Source: Octopus sinensis
Lineage: Eukaryota
DNA: 64,000 nucleotides
Assembly: GCF_006345805.1 (NCBI RefSeq)
Contig: NC_043005.1
Location: forward strand, 96,534,001-96,598,000
Direction: 5' to 3'
Both the position numbers and the translations under genes were made by a program. The notes under the pieces were generated by a model, which was not told the DNA's origin, ran no database searches, and saw only the letters and a list, made by a program, of their open reading frames with translations. Shown in pieces: positions 40,631 through 53,427 of this stretch (the stretch's first letter is position 1; the number at the start of each line of letters is the position of its first letter).

Positions 40631-41472
40631 TGACTGAAGATTGAAGGCTTCGAATGATTTGTCTGTGTTCCGTGTTCGTCCCTTCCTGTATTTCACGTTC
40701 ATTATATATAAAAACATTCATTCTATATTATTGCGGCGTTACGTGGCACCCCCCCCCGTTTGTTTGTCCAATTTTAAACCCTGTACGACTTCTATACACA
40801 CTGTCTTTCCTACCCGCCATTGCTTCTTCACCAAACTTTTTGGCGCCCTCCGATTCTTCCCCTCTCTTCCTCCCATCCTCCTCCCCTCTTCCCCCATCCT
40901 CCTTAATCCCTTCTTTCTCCTTTTCTCTTGGTCACTGATTCTGTCCCCTGCCTTCCACCCTCTTTGATTCCCTCTCTCTCTGTCTCTCTTTCTCTCTCTC
41001 CTGCGACCTGCTGCTTCTTAAACCATTCTGTTGGCCTTCGTATCTCGACCAACATGTGTCCCCGCTTACCGAAACGGTAATTATTTCTACGCCAGCTATG
41101 TTGTTGTTGTTTTTGTCTCATTTGGTCTAAAGTCGTATGACAACCACCGTTATATATATTTTGTTTATTCATTACTGTTTTCAATTTCGTTTTCGTCTCT
41201 TGTATTCACATCCGTCTTGTGCGTTCACATTCCTGTCTTCTACCAAGAAATCTAATGCTTACAGCTTAGTTTTTTTTCTTGGGGCTGGCCGAGTTGGAGC
41301 AAATATTTCTTGGGGCTGGCCGAGTTGGAGCAAATATCAGAATTGAACAGCCGAAATTTGCTATGATGATTCGGTGTCTGACTGAAGATTGAAGGCTTCG
41401 AATGATTTGTCTGTGTTCCGTGTTCGTCCCTTCCTGTATTTCACGTTCATTATATATAAAAACATTCATTCT
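40631..41472 (+). repeat. Identical 94-bp direct repeat (40631-40724 and 41379-41472)
   Basis: tgactgaagattgaaggcttcgaatgatttg...aaaacattcattct occurs twice, each copy followed by TA-rich sequence. Confidence 0.95.
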
Positions 41473-42172
41473 TATATATATATATATATACACGTGCGCG
41501 CACACGCACATACGTATACATACATATGAACGTACAGTCATATTTATGCGCATGTGTCTACTCATATATCATACCCCAACTCTTTTTCCCACCTCTCTCT
41601 CTCCCTCTCTCTCTCGTTCTCTTTGTACGTGTGTGTACGTATGATTGAATGTATTTATACTTACATATATGCATGTATATGAGTGCACCAAATGTACATA
41701 CGCATGCACGCATGTATGTATGTATGTATGTATGTATGTATGTATGTATGTATGTATGTATGTATGTATGTATATATGTATGTATGTGTGTGTGGTATGT
41801 ATGTATGTATGTATGTATGTGTGCACGTATGTATGTATAACTCAACACTGCAAGCCATCTCCGCAATTAGCTCTATTCTATAGAAGCATCGCTGTGTGTT
41901 TTTCACAAACAAGATCGTTCTCTCTTCCAGTGAAGTGCCTTGGTTGTGTCCTAATTTGGTTTGTTTATGATTTCCTCACATCTGACACCACACACAAACT
42001 CACACGCCTATACATGTATTATACATACTTAATACATATACTACCCACACACACGCGCGCGCCGCGCCATACATATATGTATCTATATACACTTAAATAT
42101 GCACACACAGATAGATAGATATACATATATATATATATATATATATATGTTTGTGTATATATATCTCTCTCT

Positions 42173-42393
42173 CTTTTACTCTTTTACTTGATTCAGTCAT
42201 TTGACTGCGGCCATGCTAGAGCACCGCCTTTAATCGAGCAACTCGATCCCGGGACTTATTCTTTTGTAAGCCCAGTACTTATTCTATCGGTCTCTTTTGC
42301 TGAACAGCTAAGTAATGGGGACATAAACACACCAGCATCGGTTGTGTCAAGCAATGCTAGGGGGCAAACACAGACACACAAACACACACACGC

Positions 42394-42451
<58 letters not shown>

Positions 42452-42612
42452 CGACGGGCTTCTTTTCAGTTTCCGTCTACCAAATCCACTCACAAGGCTT
42501 TGGTCGGCCTGAGGCTATAGTAGAAGACACTTGCCCAAGGTGCCACGTAGTGGGACTGAACCCGGAACCATGTGGTTGGTAAACAAGCTAATTACCACAC
42601 AGCCACTCCTGC
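42173..42612 (-). mobile_element. SINE family C, full length
   Basis: Reverse complement of 19947-20325. Confidence 0.92.
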
Positions 42613-43259
42613 ATATGTGTGTGTGTATGTGTGTGTATGTGTAAAACGACCGCCATAAATGTTAGTTGGCTGGTTGATTGGTTGATTTACCCCAATCACA
42701 TTCTATATCCTATAGAGTGGCGGTGGCGGTGGGGAAGTACAAGAAGAGTTAGCATAAGAGATACAGGATGAGGGTAAATACAGGGTTTGGTGACAGGCAA
42801 AGATTTCAATCCGCAAAATATACATTTTTTTATTGAAATCTTGCAGAGATAACGTTTTTGTTGGAGATTATGTTCTTAAAATTTTGGAAAGTAACGTATT
42901 TATTACAAATACGCAAATAAGAAATTCGCTTCATTTAATTTTATGTTAAAGAAAAATTTTTTATGAATATTAATAATCATTTTCTCATTCTCATAAGCCG
43001 CAAGAAATATGATGAAAATTAAAAATAATGATTAATTATAATTAAAGTAATGATTAAGAGTAGGCCTTACGCTTTGGTATTGTCCATGTTGGTAGACGTA
43101 TACTTCTCAAGTTACTCGTCATAACACAGTGTGTGTATGTGTGTGTGTGTGTTTATGTATGTATACAAGAGTTACGGAATGGAGTAGATAAGATCCGGGT
43201 TACATGTTTCATAGCGGACGGTACTCAGAAGTGGTAAAAATCCAAGCGAGGCATATACC

Positions 43260-43669
43260 TATTTCTTTACTACTCACAAGAGGCTAAACACAGAGAGGAC
43301 AAACAAGGACAGACGAACTGGTACTTATTTAATCGACTTATTTAAGGCGGCGAGCTGGCAGAAACGTTAGCACGCCGGGCGAAATGCTCAGCGGTATTTC
43401 ATCTGCGTTACGTTGTGAGTTCAAATTTCGCCGGGGTCGACTTTGCCTTTCATCCTTTCGGGGTCGATAAATTAAGTACCAGTTACGCACTGGGGTCGAT
43501 GTAATCGACTTAATACCTATGTCTGTCCTTGTTTGTCCCCTCTGTGTTTAGTAATCGACCCCGAAAGGATGAAAGGCAAAGTCGACCTCGGCGGAATTTG
43601 AACTGAGAACGTAACGGCAGACGAAATGCGGCTACGCATTTCGCCCGGTGTGCTAAAGTTTCTGCCAGC
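43260..43669. mobile_element. Nested SINE family A: plus copy (43346-43551) inside a minus copy
   Basis: taatcgac is duplicated at 43330-43337 and 43552-43559. Confidence 0.85.
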
Positions 43670-43931
43670 GAGGTATATACCGCCGGCTACTCTTCAGGCC
43701 AAGAATACGTTGATTAAGTTAAAGGTTACATTGTCGCAAGGAAGTACCTGTTGATGCACAAAAAGAACTTTTCTTTAGCTGAAAGTTCTTCGATACGAAA
43801 AACATCCACAACCCTCCGTCTCAATGAACCACTATTGTCCCTGAAAGTCGTTTTTTTAATATTTAGTACGGATTGCTTGACGCTAATTTCCTTTTTACAC
43901 CTCGATCTTTGGATCTTAAACACACACACAC

Positions 43932-43989
<58 letters not shown>

Positions 43990-44092
43990 ACACACACACA
44001 TATATGTATGCATGTATGTACGTATTAATGTATAAATGGCCATGCTGGTGTACCTCATTCGCAGACGCATACTTACACACACACACACTCAC

Positions 44093-44142
<50 letters not shown>

Positions 44143-44149
44143 TATATAA

Positions 44150-44253
<104 letters not shown>

Positions 44254-44327
44254 TAGATATATAGATATATATATATATATAGATATATATATGTAATAAT
44301 AATATGTGTACAGTTATTCGGTAGCCA

Positions 44328-44390
44328 AGATAAAACTCTGAGTTTCGGATGCCGAGGTGGAAATCCACAACACCATCTCTTCGGTTATCT
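44328..44390 (-). ncRNA. Hammerhead-like motif with U4C core variant
   Basis: AGAUAA-CCGAAGA-GAUG...GUGG-AUUU-CCAC...CAUC(C)-GAA-ACUC-A-GAGU-U-UUAUCU. Stem I 6 bp. Confidence 0.6.
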
Positions 44391-44463
44391 GCCCATCAGA
44401 AAAACATTATATATATTTTTTTCTTTTGACATGTTAATAAGATTAAAATAGAAAAGTAATTAG

Positions 44464-44535
<72 letters not shown>

Positions 44536-45012
44536 GTACATGTATATAAAAGTATTTATTTTAACTTCTAAAGAAGACTGAAGAGATATTATTCTATTAA
44601 ATCTACTGTAGTGTATTAGTGGTACTTATACGAAGCAACGTGGGAGAGCTACTCTACAGTGGGTAGCTCGACCTAAGCTGTTGAAACTAGGGCTGCAAGT
44701 ACTGTCGTTATGCTTGTACCATGCTGCTTGTGTTGCTGTTACTATTGCTGTTGTAGTTGCTGCTGTTGTTATCGCTGTAAATGTACAGTTGGTATTAGAT
44801 GAGGCCTTCTTTCAGTCGTGACATAGTAGTTGGTGTGGGGGGGGGGCCTTCAGATGATCTGAAGGTTTCCTCAACTGTGATATTTACTCTCCATTACTAC
44901 CTGCATGTATTGCACTCCCGGGGTCTCTATTAGGTCGGGGATCCTGTCTAGTATCTCAAATTTTACCCGAACCAGGATTTCCAAACCCATCCCAACCCAA
45001 TTTTTGTTTCAG

Positions 45013-45096
45013 AAAATTCACTCCTATACAACCATCTCGGCAGGCACAAAGTCTGTGCCTCTGCCGATGCTTTTAAACAGAGTTCAACTTACTACG
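45013..45096 (+). CDS. Candidate 84-nt phase-1/1 exon (E-NSLLYNHLGRHKVCASADAFKQSSTYY)
   Basis: Strong acceptor tttttgtttcag and donor ACG|gtgaga. Contains LxxHxxxH and AFKQSST (C2H2-like) but no recognised protein. Confidence 0.3.
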
Positions 45097-45762
45097 GTGA
45101 GACTCGTTCCCGTTTACGGTTCTTCTGCCATATACTTTTGTATATAATAACATACATCACGTATATCCTATGGTATCGTGAGTGTTAATTTTTCTCTCAT
45201 GTTTCGTTTAGGTTCTCCCAACCAGTGATGATTTTTATCCAATGGGACTAAATCGAAAGTTTTTGTAACACCAGCAAATGAATAGCTTTTAATGTGCTTT
45301 GACAGGTGTCGTTGCTGCCTTTGCTTTTGTGAGTTTGTTGTTCAGGGGCGATAGCAGTTGTAATGCTCTGTCTCGTGGGATAGCTGCAGTACTTTGTTCA
45401 GTGATACATGAGTTCAGTCCCAGCGGCATGTACTTTTCCTTGATGTGAAGATAAGGATATAGGACAACATAATAAGATTGTCTACATTGTATTTGATTAT
45501 ATCTCCAGTTTCAGTCCATCGTAGATTGTTTAGTCGCTGAGCTAAAGATAAAAAGGAGTTAATAAAATGTCTCACACTAGAAGTGACAAATGTATAACAA
45601 TTAATATAATTCTCAAGGAAGTTGTCTCTTAAGTCTGCACTCATAGTACAAACTACATGGGCTCAATGCTATCTCAAGATAAATCACTTCAAAATACAAT
45701 TTTCAATTACAAAAATGGCTTTCTGGTTTTCTATCAAATCTCAACAAACTTATGAACTCACA

Positions 45763-45800
<38 letters not shown>

Positions 45801-46519
45801 CATATGTATATGTCTATTAATGTATATGTGTGTGTATAGATATATATATATTAAAATACATATATACAGGGTGCCACTTTAAGGACCCTGTTGAACAGAC
45901 GACAAGTGAATAACAGAAAGCAGTGTGTGTGCTAACGCTGTGTTAGAGAGAAATATGTAGTACATCAGGTCAGATGCCAAGGGTCATATACCAGAGGTCA
46001 GAAGCGAGACCATTTATCTGGCGAAGGGTAGTAGTAGAGAAATATTTAAAAGTTGTAGCAACGCTATGTACACTACATATAATGGGAATGTTATCTACAT
46101 ACCATCAGACATGCACGCGCACATACTGTCACGCATGTGTGTATAAGTACATTTACGTGTGTGTGTTTATGTGTGCATGAGTATGTTTCTGTGTGCGTGA
46201 GTGTGCATAGTGTATGCGTCTGTACAACTGCTGTGTAATATTGGACTATACGCTCTGGGTTCGGTATTTTACATATTTATTGGTGAAAAGAGAAACACTG
46301 CCTTCGTTTGTTGTAGATCTTCTCGAACTGAGGAGAATAATGCTGATAATATCCATTGTGAAAATCACGATATCAAACATGATACAATTAGGTACAGGAT
46401 GTATTGGAAAGGGCTTTTAACACTATAAGCTCAGGCCGACTAAAGTCTTGTGGGTGGATTTGGCTGACGGAAACTGAAAGAAGCACGCACACACACACAC
46501 ACACACATGCATTAAAATA

Positions 46520-46900
46520 AAATATAATATTATGTTATATTCTTGTAATAATATAATATAATAAATGATAAGTACTAAATAAAAAATTACGTGCAATTGT
46601 TTCGATTCTTACGCATAATGAAATTATAAAAATGCATTATGGCCGTTATATTAGTTTATTTTTCATAGTTTTTCTTTTTAATTATTGACGCTCACGTTTG
46701 AAAACTTAAATATATTCAAATTCAGTTTGTAAATCCGTATATATAAAAAATTACTCAGAAGAGATTCTTACCCACAAACAATGGATTTTTATAATTTTAT
46801 TATGGGTAAGAATAGAAACAATTGTATGTAATTTGTATTTAATATGTTTTATTTATTATATTATATTATTATAAGAATATAATATAATATAATAATATAT
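46520..46900. mobile_element. AT-rich fold-back element with a degenerate HHR (46749-46833) and an inverted half-copy (~46586-46640)
   Basis: AAUUAC(U)-CAGAAGA-GAUUCUUACCCA...UGGGUAAGAAU(A)-GAA-ACAAUUGU-A-(U)GUAAUU. Confidence 0.6.
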
Positions 46901-48229
46901 AATATAATATTATGTTAAGGAATTTTAATTTTTGAATTGGCTATTGTATATCTCCGTTTTCTACTCATTTTTATAAATTTAATATATACCTATGTGATTT
47001 GTCAGGTTTTCCTCTATAAAATTGGGTATTAAACAGCAATTGCAATATCAATATCTGTAATCACCATAGACCATGAACTCTTAAACAAGTTCAACTTTAC
47101 AAGAATGGAGAAATAATGATATTCCAAAATACAAAAGATTCACAGAGAACAAGTATATTAAATATATATTCCCATATATGTAAGTGGGTTTGTATGCATA
47201 TAGAGAGAGATATATGTATGTGCGTGTAAGAATGTATGTATAATGAATGTGTGTGCGTGTATGACGTATGTCTATATGTATGTATTTATGCATTATCGTA
47301 TGTACATATGAATCTAGTCCAGCGAGAATTCAACATGTCAATGAATATAAAAATAACGAATTACTGAATTATTTTAAACACTTCATAACATATTATATTG
47401 TTACCTTTTGATGGCACATTTTATAATTCTGTTTTTAAAAGTATTTGTAATTTGTTGTTTTCTTGTATATCTTGAGGAAATTTAATATTCATAATCTTTT
47501 TGTTTTCTTGTCTTTGGAATTTCTTTTATTTATCTAATGAATTGTTAAGTATTTATTTTACGGGTTTAAACATTAAACAATGTTTAACGATTTAATTACC
47601 CTGTTATTGATGAAGCTTCAAATAATGTAAAGCGATGTATTTACTCTGCGGATAAAAAGCATGCCGATGAATTTATCCACAATGTATTGGTATACGGTGT
47701 AATTACTTGGGAATTAGAGTTGCCAGCTAATGAAATTTCAAGTCATGTATTTTCCGCGATTTAATTACTTTTGGTGAAAATTTCTCAAAGGTAATAGCAC
47801 GGCGACGATTTTTTACAGTGAATTTTAATGGATTTTAGTATGTTATATTCATTGGACCAGAATCTTGGTTTCCTTCTGGCTCAAAGTTATCTATCAAATA
47901 TTACTCACAAGATACTAAGGCTGGACATTTGCTATATCATCTTTATCAGTCTAGGAGGACTTCTAAAGATTATTTGAGCCGTGGCTCATCCTTTATCTCA
48001 CTTATTAAAAAAAAAAAAGGAAGCCAAAATTTGCAGCAACTAAGTGTGTGTGTAGATATATGAAACAGAGTTATTGCTCTGGTCTGGTACTTTATTCAGT
48101 CAACTTCGTAAGAGAAAACTGGTAGTGGACATGAAGAGATGTAACCGCGCCGGAACACAATAATACAACGTGTCTTTTATTCGAAATATTGATTGTATCC
48201 ACCACCACCACCACCACCACCACCTGAAA

Positions 48230-48390
48230 ACTGGTGGTGGTGTCTTTATGCCCCTGTAACTTAGCGGTTCGGCAAAAGGTCGATAGAATAAATACCAGGC
48301 TTTGAAAAAAGTAAGTCCTGGGGGCGATTTTTCAAGGCAGGGCTTCAGCATGACGGCAGTGAAGTGACTGAAGCAAGTAAAAGCTAAGAG
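48230..48390 (+). mobile_element. SINE family C 3' half
   Basis: gtaacttagcggttcggcaaaag...gtcctggggg...cagcatgacggcagt...gactgaagcaagtaaaag. Confidence 0.75.
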
Positions 48391-49073
48391 TATATATAAT
48401 ATATATAAGGTTAATCCAAACGGGAAAACAGAAAAAACAACAACACGTGGAACAATTACAGTATTATTATTATTAGGCGCTCAGGAAAATGGAAGAAGAG
48501 GTATATATATATATATATAAACAGTATCGAACACACGCACGTGAGTTTTGCCAGTTAGTCAGCAGGTGAACAACTTGTGTGCGTGTGTGTGTGATATTTT
48601 TAAATATACATACATAGATACCTACACTCAAACAAACACGTAGAAAGATAGGTATGAGGAATCACAAAAAACACAAGTTTACATCATTAGATCCTACGTA
48701 CTATTGTGGTTATTTGGAACAATTCACTGAATGTTCCAGGTACATTTAATGCTTAACAAGAACGGATCACCAAGGAAAACTCCATTGCATTAAGTTATAG
48801 AGAACTAATGGATATTAGTTCCCTTTATGACTAATAATACTACTAATAGTTGCTTAAGCACGTCACTGGAAATGTACATATATACATATATATATATGTA
48901 TATATACATCTCTTATACACACGTATGCGTACCTTCGTTTTGGGATCACTACTACTTTATTATCTCCCCTTCTTCCTAGCTCTCCTGTGTGACCCATTTG
49001 TTTGGCATTCTCCATGATAGATCGCTAGCCACTACACATTCTTTATTTTCTTTCCCTGTTTCTTTCTGCATGC

Positions 49074-49109
49074 CTTTCTGTGGAAGAGCGTAGGCTCGAA
49101 ACATTAAAG
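49074..49109 (+). ncRNA. Degenerate hammerhead-like motif (CUGUGGA core)
   Basis: CUUU-CUGUGGA-A-GAGC-GUAG-GCUC-GAAAC-AU-U-AAAG. Stems I and II are intact; core A6 and stem III are altered. Confidence 0.4.
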
Positions 49110-49186
49110 ACTTTTTCCCTTCCCGAGCGTTAATCTAATACATATATTTGTCTTCGTCTTTTGTTATTTTTTTTTGTGAATTCTCC

Positions 49187-49225
<39 letters not shown>

Positions 49226-49331
49226 AAATTAAGTACATAAATGTGAAACAAGGTTGGAAAGAACAGTACTCGAATACATGAGGTAGAATAATATGCTTTA
49301 TTATTAAGACTGCAAAAAATCACAAAAAACA

Positions 49332-49369
49332 CTGCTACTCAAAGTTTCACGTTCTCGTTCGTCGGACAG
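49332..49369 (-). ncRNA. 38-nt minimal hammerhead-like motif with U4C core, in a ~120-nt hairpin (49319-49440)
   Basis: CUGU-CCGACGA-ACG-AGAA-CGU-GAA-ACUU-U-GAGU-A-GCAG. A more degenerate inverted partner lies at ~49392-49429. Confidence 0.6.
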
Positions 49370-49457
49370 GCTGTGATTCAAGAATCACAACCTGTTCGAC
49401 AAACGGGAACGTGGAGCTCTGTTTAGCAGCTTTTTGTGATGTTTTTTCAGCTATAAA

Positions 49458-49516
<59 letters not shown>

Positions 49517-49808
49517 GTATGAATATATATGTAATATGCATGTTTAGTAGATGTATTCTTTATTTAAAGAAGCTATTCAGTTTTTGGGTCAAACTTGTTT
49601 TGTGCTGCTCACGTATTTGCTGAAGAATTATCTGCGAGGCATTATTATATTTCTAAAATTTTCGATCAGTACCATTTTCACTTGTTGCAAAATCCAACAC
49701 CACCATCGTTCCACCAGAAGCAAACATTTTCACCTTTCACTCCTCCCATTATGACTACCACATGAAGATCCTCCTTCTCCTCCTCCTCCTCCTCCTCCTC
49801 CTCCTCAT

Positions 49809-49839
<31 letters not shown>

Positions 49840-50389
49840 AGCAGCACCACACCACCACCACCACCACCACCACCACCACCACCACCAGTATGTTCATCAC
49901 CAAGGGCTTTCTTCATTGAACATGTATGTAACCTCTTAACTTGCTAGAAAGAGCAGCCACACATCCTTAAGTCGTGCTAGCGTCCTAAATAACGAAAAAC
50001 ACGCATTAAGTAATGTGGTTTTATATATCCTTAAAACAGTGTCTGCAGAGAATGTGTGATTGAGGGGATTGAAATGAGGGCGGATAGATACTATGTTTAA
50101 TTAACTGTATAGAAGGAAATGGTTGCGGATATGGTTGTAGGGTTAGAAACTCACTATGCAATCACTTAGTTTCAGGTTCACTACCACTGTGCGGCACCAT
50201 AATATCTCGTAACAAAGCGATTCGATAAATAGGTTTGGTAAAAGAGATACCAGACTGAAATATCTATAGGGTGTGATATGATTTTCTAAGCTGTAGAATT
50301 AATGGACCAGCTTAGCCGCAGTCCAGTAATAAAAATCAGTAAACGTTTACACCAACACCGATCTCACGAATCTTTCCATCATCTGCAAC

Positions 50390-50876
50390 ACTTAACACTC
50401 TTGCGATCACTAACTGTGAGGGGAATCTTCAATGCACTCAAGACATCCTGGTTTTCAAATAAAACAGATAACATAAGAGGTAACGTTGTAACGTCACAGC
50501 AACACTTCTATTACAGCTAAAAAAAATTCGCACAAATACCATTACATTCCACTCTACGTATTTATTCGCCACAACCTTTTGGTAAAAAAATTCTCCAGCT
50601 TTTTTCAACCTTCCTACTAATTATCCGCACTATACACTGAATACATCAATAAAATAAGAAAAAATGCTTTCCCAATCTTGAGAGAAAAAAGCACAATAGA
50701 ACGAATTTCATTAGAAAACATTCAAGGTTTCCAAAATTTCACAATAGCACAATTAACAGTATACACTCTGCATTATATGCATTCAACAAAAAAAATTATA
50801 GACCCTTAGTAAAAGAAGATATTGCACAAGCCACCGCAAGATAACCACAGTCACGCAGCAGACATAACCAAGATTT

Positions 50877-50918
<42 letters not shown>

Positions 50919-52910
50919 CACGCGTCTGTGTGTGAGTGTATAAACTGAGTGTATAAACCTCAAATACATTACTCTAAAAATACACAGAATCGAAATTAAA
51001 CTCAACATCTAATTAAACAACAACAACTACAACAATCATAGCAAAAGAGAAATTGGCAAATATTTGTAGCCAACATATTCTACACAAGAGTAAAACATCA
51101 TACAGAGTAAAAAGCATGATGATGGTGATGATGATGATATCAGTAGCAGTATCAACAATAGCAGCAGTAACAGCAGCTGCAGCAACATCAACGTCGTCGT
51201 CGTCGTCGTCATCTTCATCATCATCATCATCGACAAGAACAATACAAGAATAACAACTATTACAACAACAACAACAACAACGACCAAGCTACCATGTTAA
51301 AAAAAACCCAAGAAAACATCTTTTACCGGTGAGTGTGTTAAATTATAAGGCACAAAAAGAAAATTACTCTCCCCAGACAGCTGAATCATTGTTAGACATT
51401 TTTCGAAAATCGCCAGAAGAGCAAAAAGAAAAAAAAACAGAAAAAATAATAAAGACCACGATTTCCACACCTTCCTTCCTTCCTTCTATCAGACATTGTA
51501 AGACCACGGGGAAAACGAAAAACTCAAAAGCGCCAGGTTCACACAAATCACAGCCACATACTTTAACCACCTGGGGTTTGAAGAACTCAGTGATATTTAC
51601 TACTGTCTAAAAGCTACTCGTAGCAACGTAGTGAAATCACCAGAATCTGGAAACCGAGCAAAATTATAACAGTTGTAAAGTTCCACGGAAACATAAGCGA
51701 GACAATATTATACAAACCCATTGTACACTTCTTCCACTCCTCAGCCGCCTCTTCCGCCTCCTTGTCTTCGCTTCACCCCTCCGCTCCTATGTATGTATGT
51801 ATGTATGGTGAACTCTCCTGTCGTAGAGGGCAGATGAGGGTTTCGCAATTTCTTGCCGAGCAATCTGTAAGATGATAATTTTCTAGTGATCTAATACTTG
51901 TGCAGTACATTAACTCACCCTTTCTAGCAAGTTGATATTTCCTGTACAGATGCAAAGTGTGCTGAGCACAACATGAGATGAAATGTTTTACTCAATAACA
52001 GAACGTATCACTTGTTCCGGGAACTGAAACCACGATTTTGCGATTGTATGAGCCACACCCTAACCACTACATAGTAAAGATTATAGGAAGGTTAATCCTT
52101 GATTTCACTAATTCACATCTTCCCACATACCTATGACAACACTAATTCAGCCCACAACACTTAACACAATCCGATTCACAAGCCTAAAACAGAAAATATA
52201 CGATGACATCGACCCCAAACACCTCCCATATGTTCAATTCTATCATCGACATCCCCTCCTCAAGAAACGACACAAAACGCTGGCAAGTAATTTACTAGCT
52301 ATGCTGCACATCCTTGCATCAGAGGGGATCTGCACTCTTTGTATACGATCTGTGATGACACAACCTTCCTGTGTCGCCATAGGACGTACAGAAAGTCAGA
52401 AAAGCGTGTGACATCACATTTACACTCTACTACTATTTTTCAGACATTTTGTACAACCACTCCAACATTAATAAACTAAAATCGGGAATCCACAACAACT
52501 GGTTTAAAGCAAAACCCAACTAATCCACCTCTTCCCCTTTTGCAAGCAATACAAGAGAACATCGTCTACAATCAATGACTTCCTTCAACGGCATAAGCAC
52601 CGCACTTACATAGACAAAAAACATTTGATTTATATACATTTACTCCATAAAATTTGCAACCCATATTGAAGACATAGTAAAGAGAAAAATGAAAGACAAA
52701 TATACTTAAAGCAATCAGAAATTTCATATTTGACCAACAGAAAGAAACAACATAGGTGTACAAGCAATAGATTATATCTATTTCAGACTATGCCAGATAT
52801 TCATGGATCTCCAGCCTCTCAAGAACTGACCCCAATAAACTACTAAGAACACAACATACCGTAGTATGCATCAATCACAGATCACTCCAGTAGTTTGGTT
52901 TAGTTGTATA
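50390..52910 (+). mobile_element. Jockey/I-group-like LINE fossil (endonuclease + RT) split by microsatellites and a SINE
   Basis: SLTVRGI (endonuclease start), KNSKAPG, RIWKPSKII...YKPI, NILKAI...QQKET, DYARYSW. Confidence 0.65.
51810..52070 (-). mobile_element. CORE-type SINE (family B-like) inserted in the LINE
   Basis: tttactcaataacagaacg...ccgggaactgaaaccacgattttgcgattgtatgagccacaccctaaccactac. Confidence 0.6.
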
Positions 52911-53249
52911 ATTAGTCTTTGGGCATCGTTTCATGCGACCCAAGATGAAAACTATAAAATTCCTGCAGTACTTTGAGAAGCCATTTTCAAATCTAAAATC
53001 CGTACAAGTTCTACATCAGAAAAACAATCCTTCCAATCGCTTTAGAAAAAGATAAAGAAAATATAGAAATAGTAGCAACATTAATAGAGCGTGTAGGCAT
53101 ACTGAAACAAACTGGATAGTGGAGAGGGAGGAATATATTCACTGCTAGAAAGTGGCTATCGGTGGAGATATGATGTAACAGGGAGGACGGATATCTGTGC
53201 CGTAATTCGTTTTCCGGCCCCCTACAACATGCTGAATTGAAGCTACGTC

Positions 53250-53260
53250 CTCCCACCACC

Positions 53261-53304
<44 letters not shown>

Positions 53305-53305
53305 C

Positions 53306-53343
<38 letters not shown>

Positions 53344-53377
53344 CAACAACAACTACAACATCACCACCACCACCACC

Positions 53378-53427
<50 letters not shown>

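Noticed and set aside
47839-48063. Open frame of 74 codons plus stop, lacking an in-frame Met (YVIFIGPESWFPSG...)
   Set aside because: No recognisable motif, runs through poly-A, and has no convincing donor site.
53011-53352. Hydrophobic minus-strand ORF that looked GPCR-like
   Set aside because: It starts in a microsatellite, lies next to the end of a LINE fossil, and has no GPCR signature motifs.
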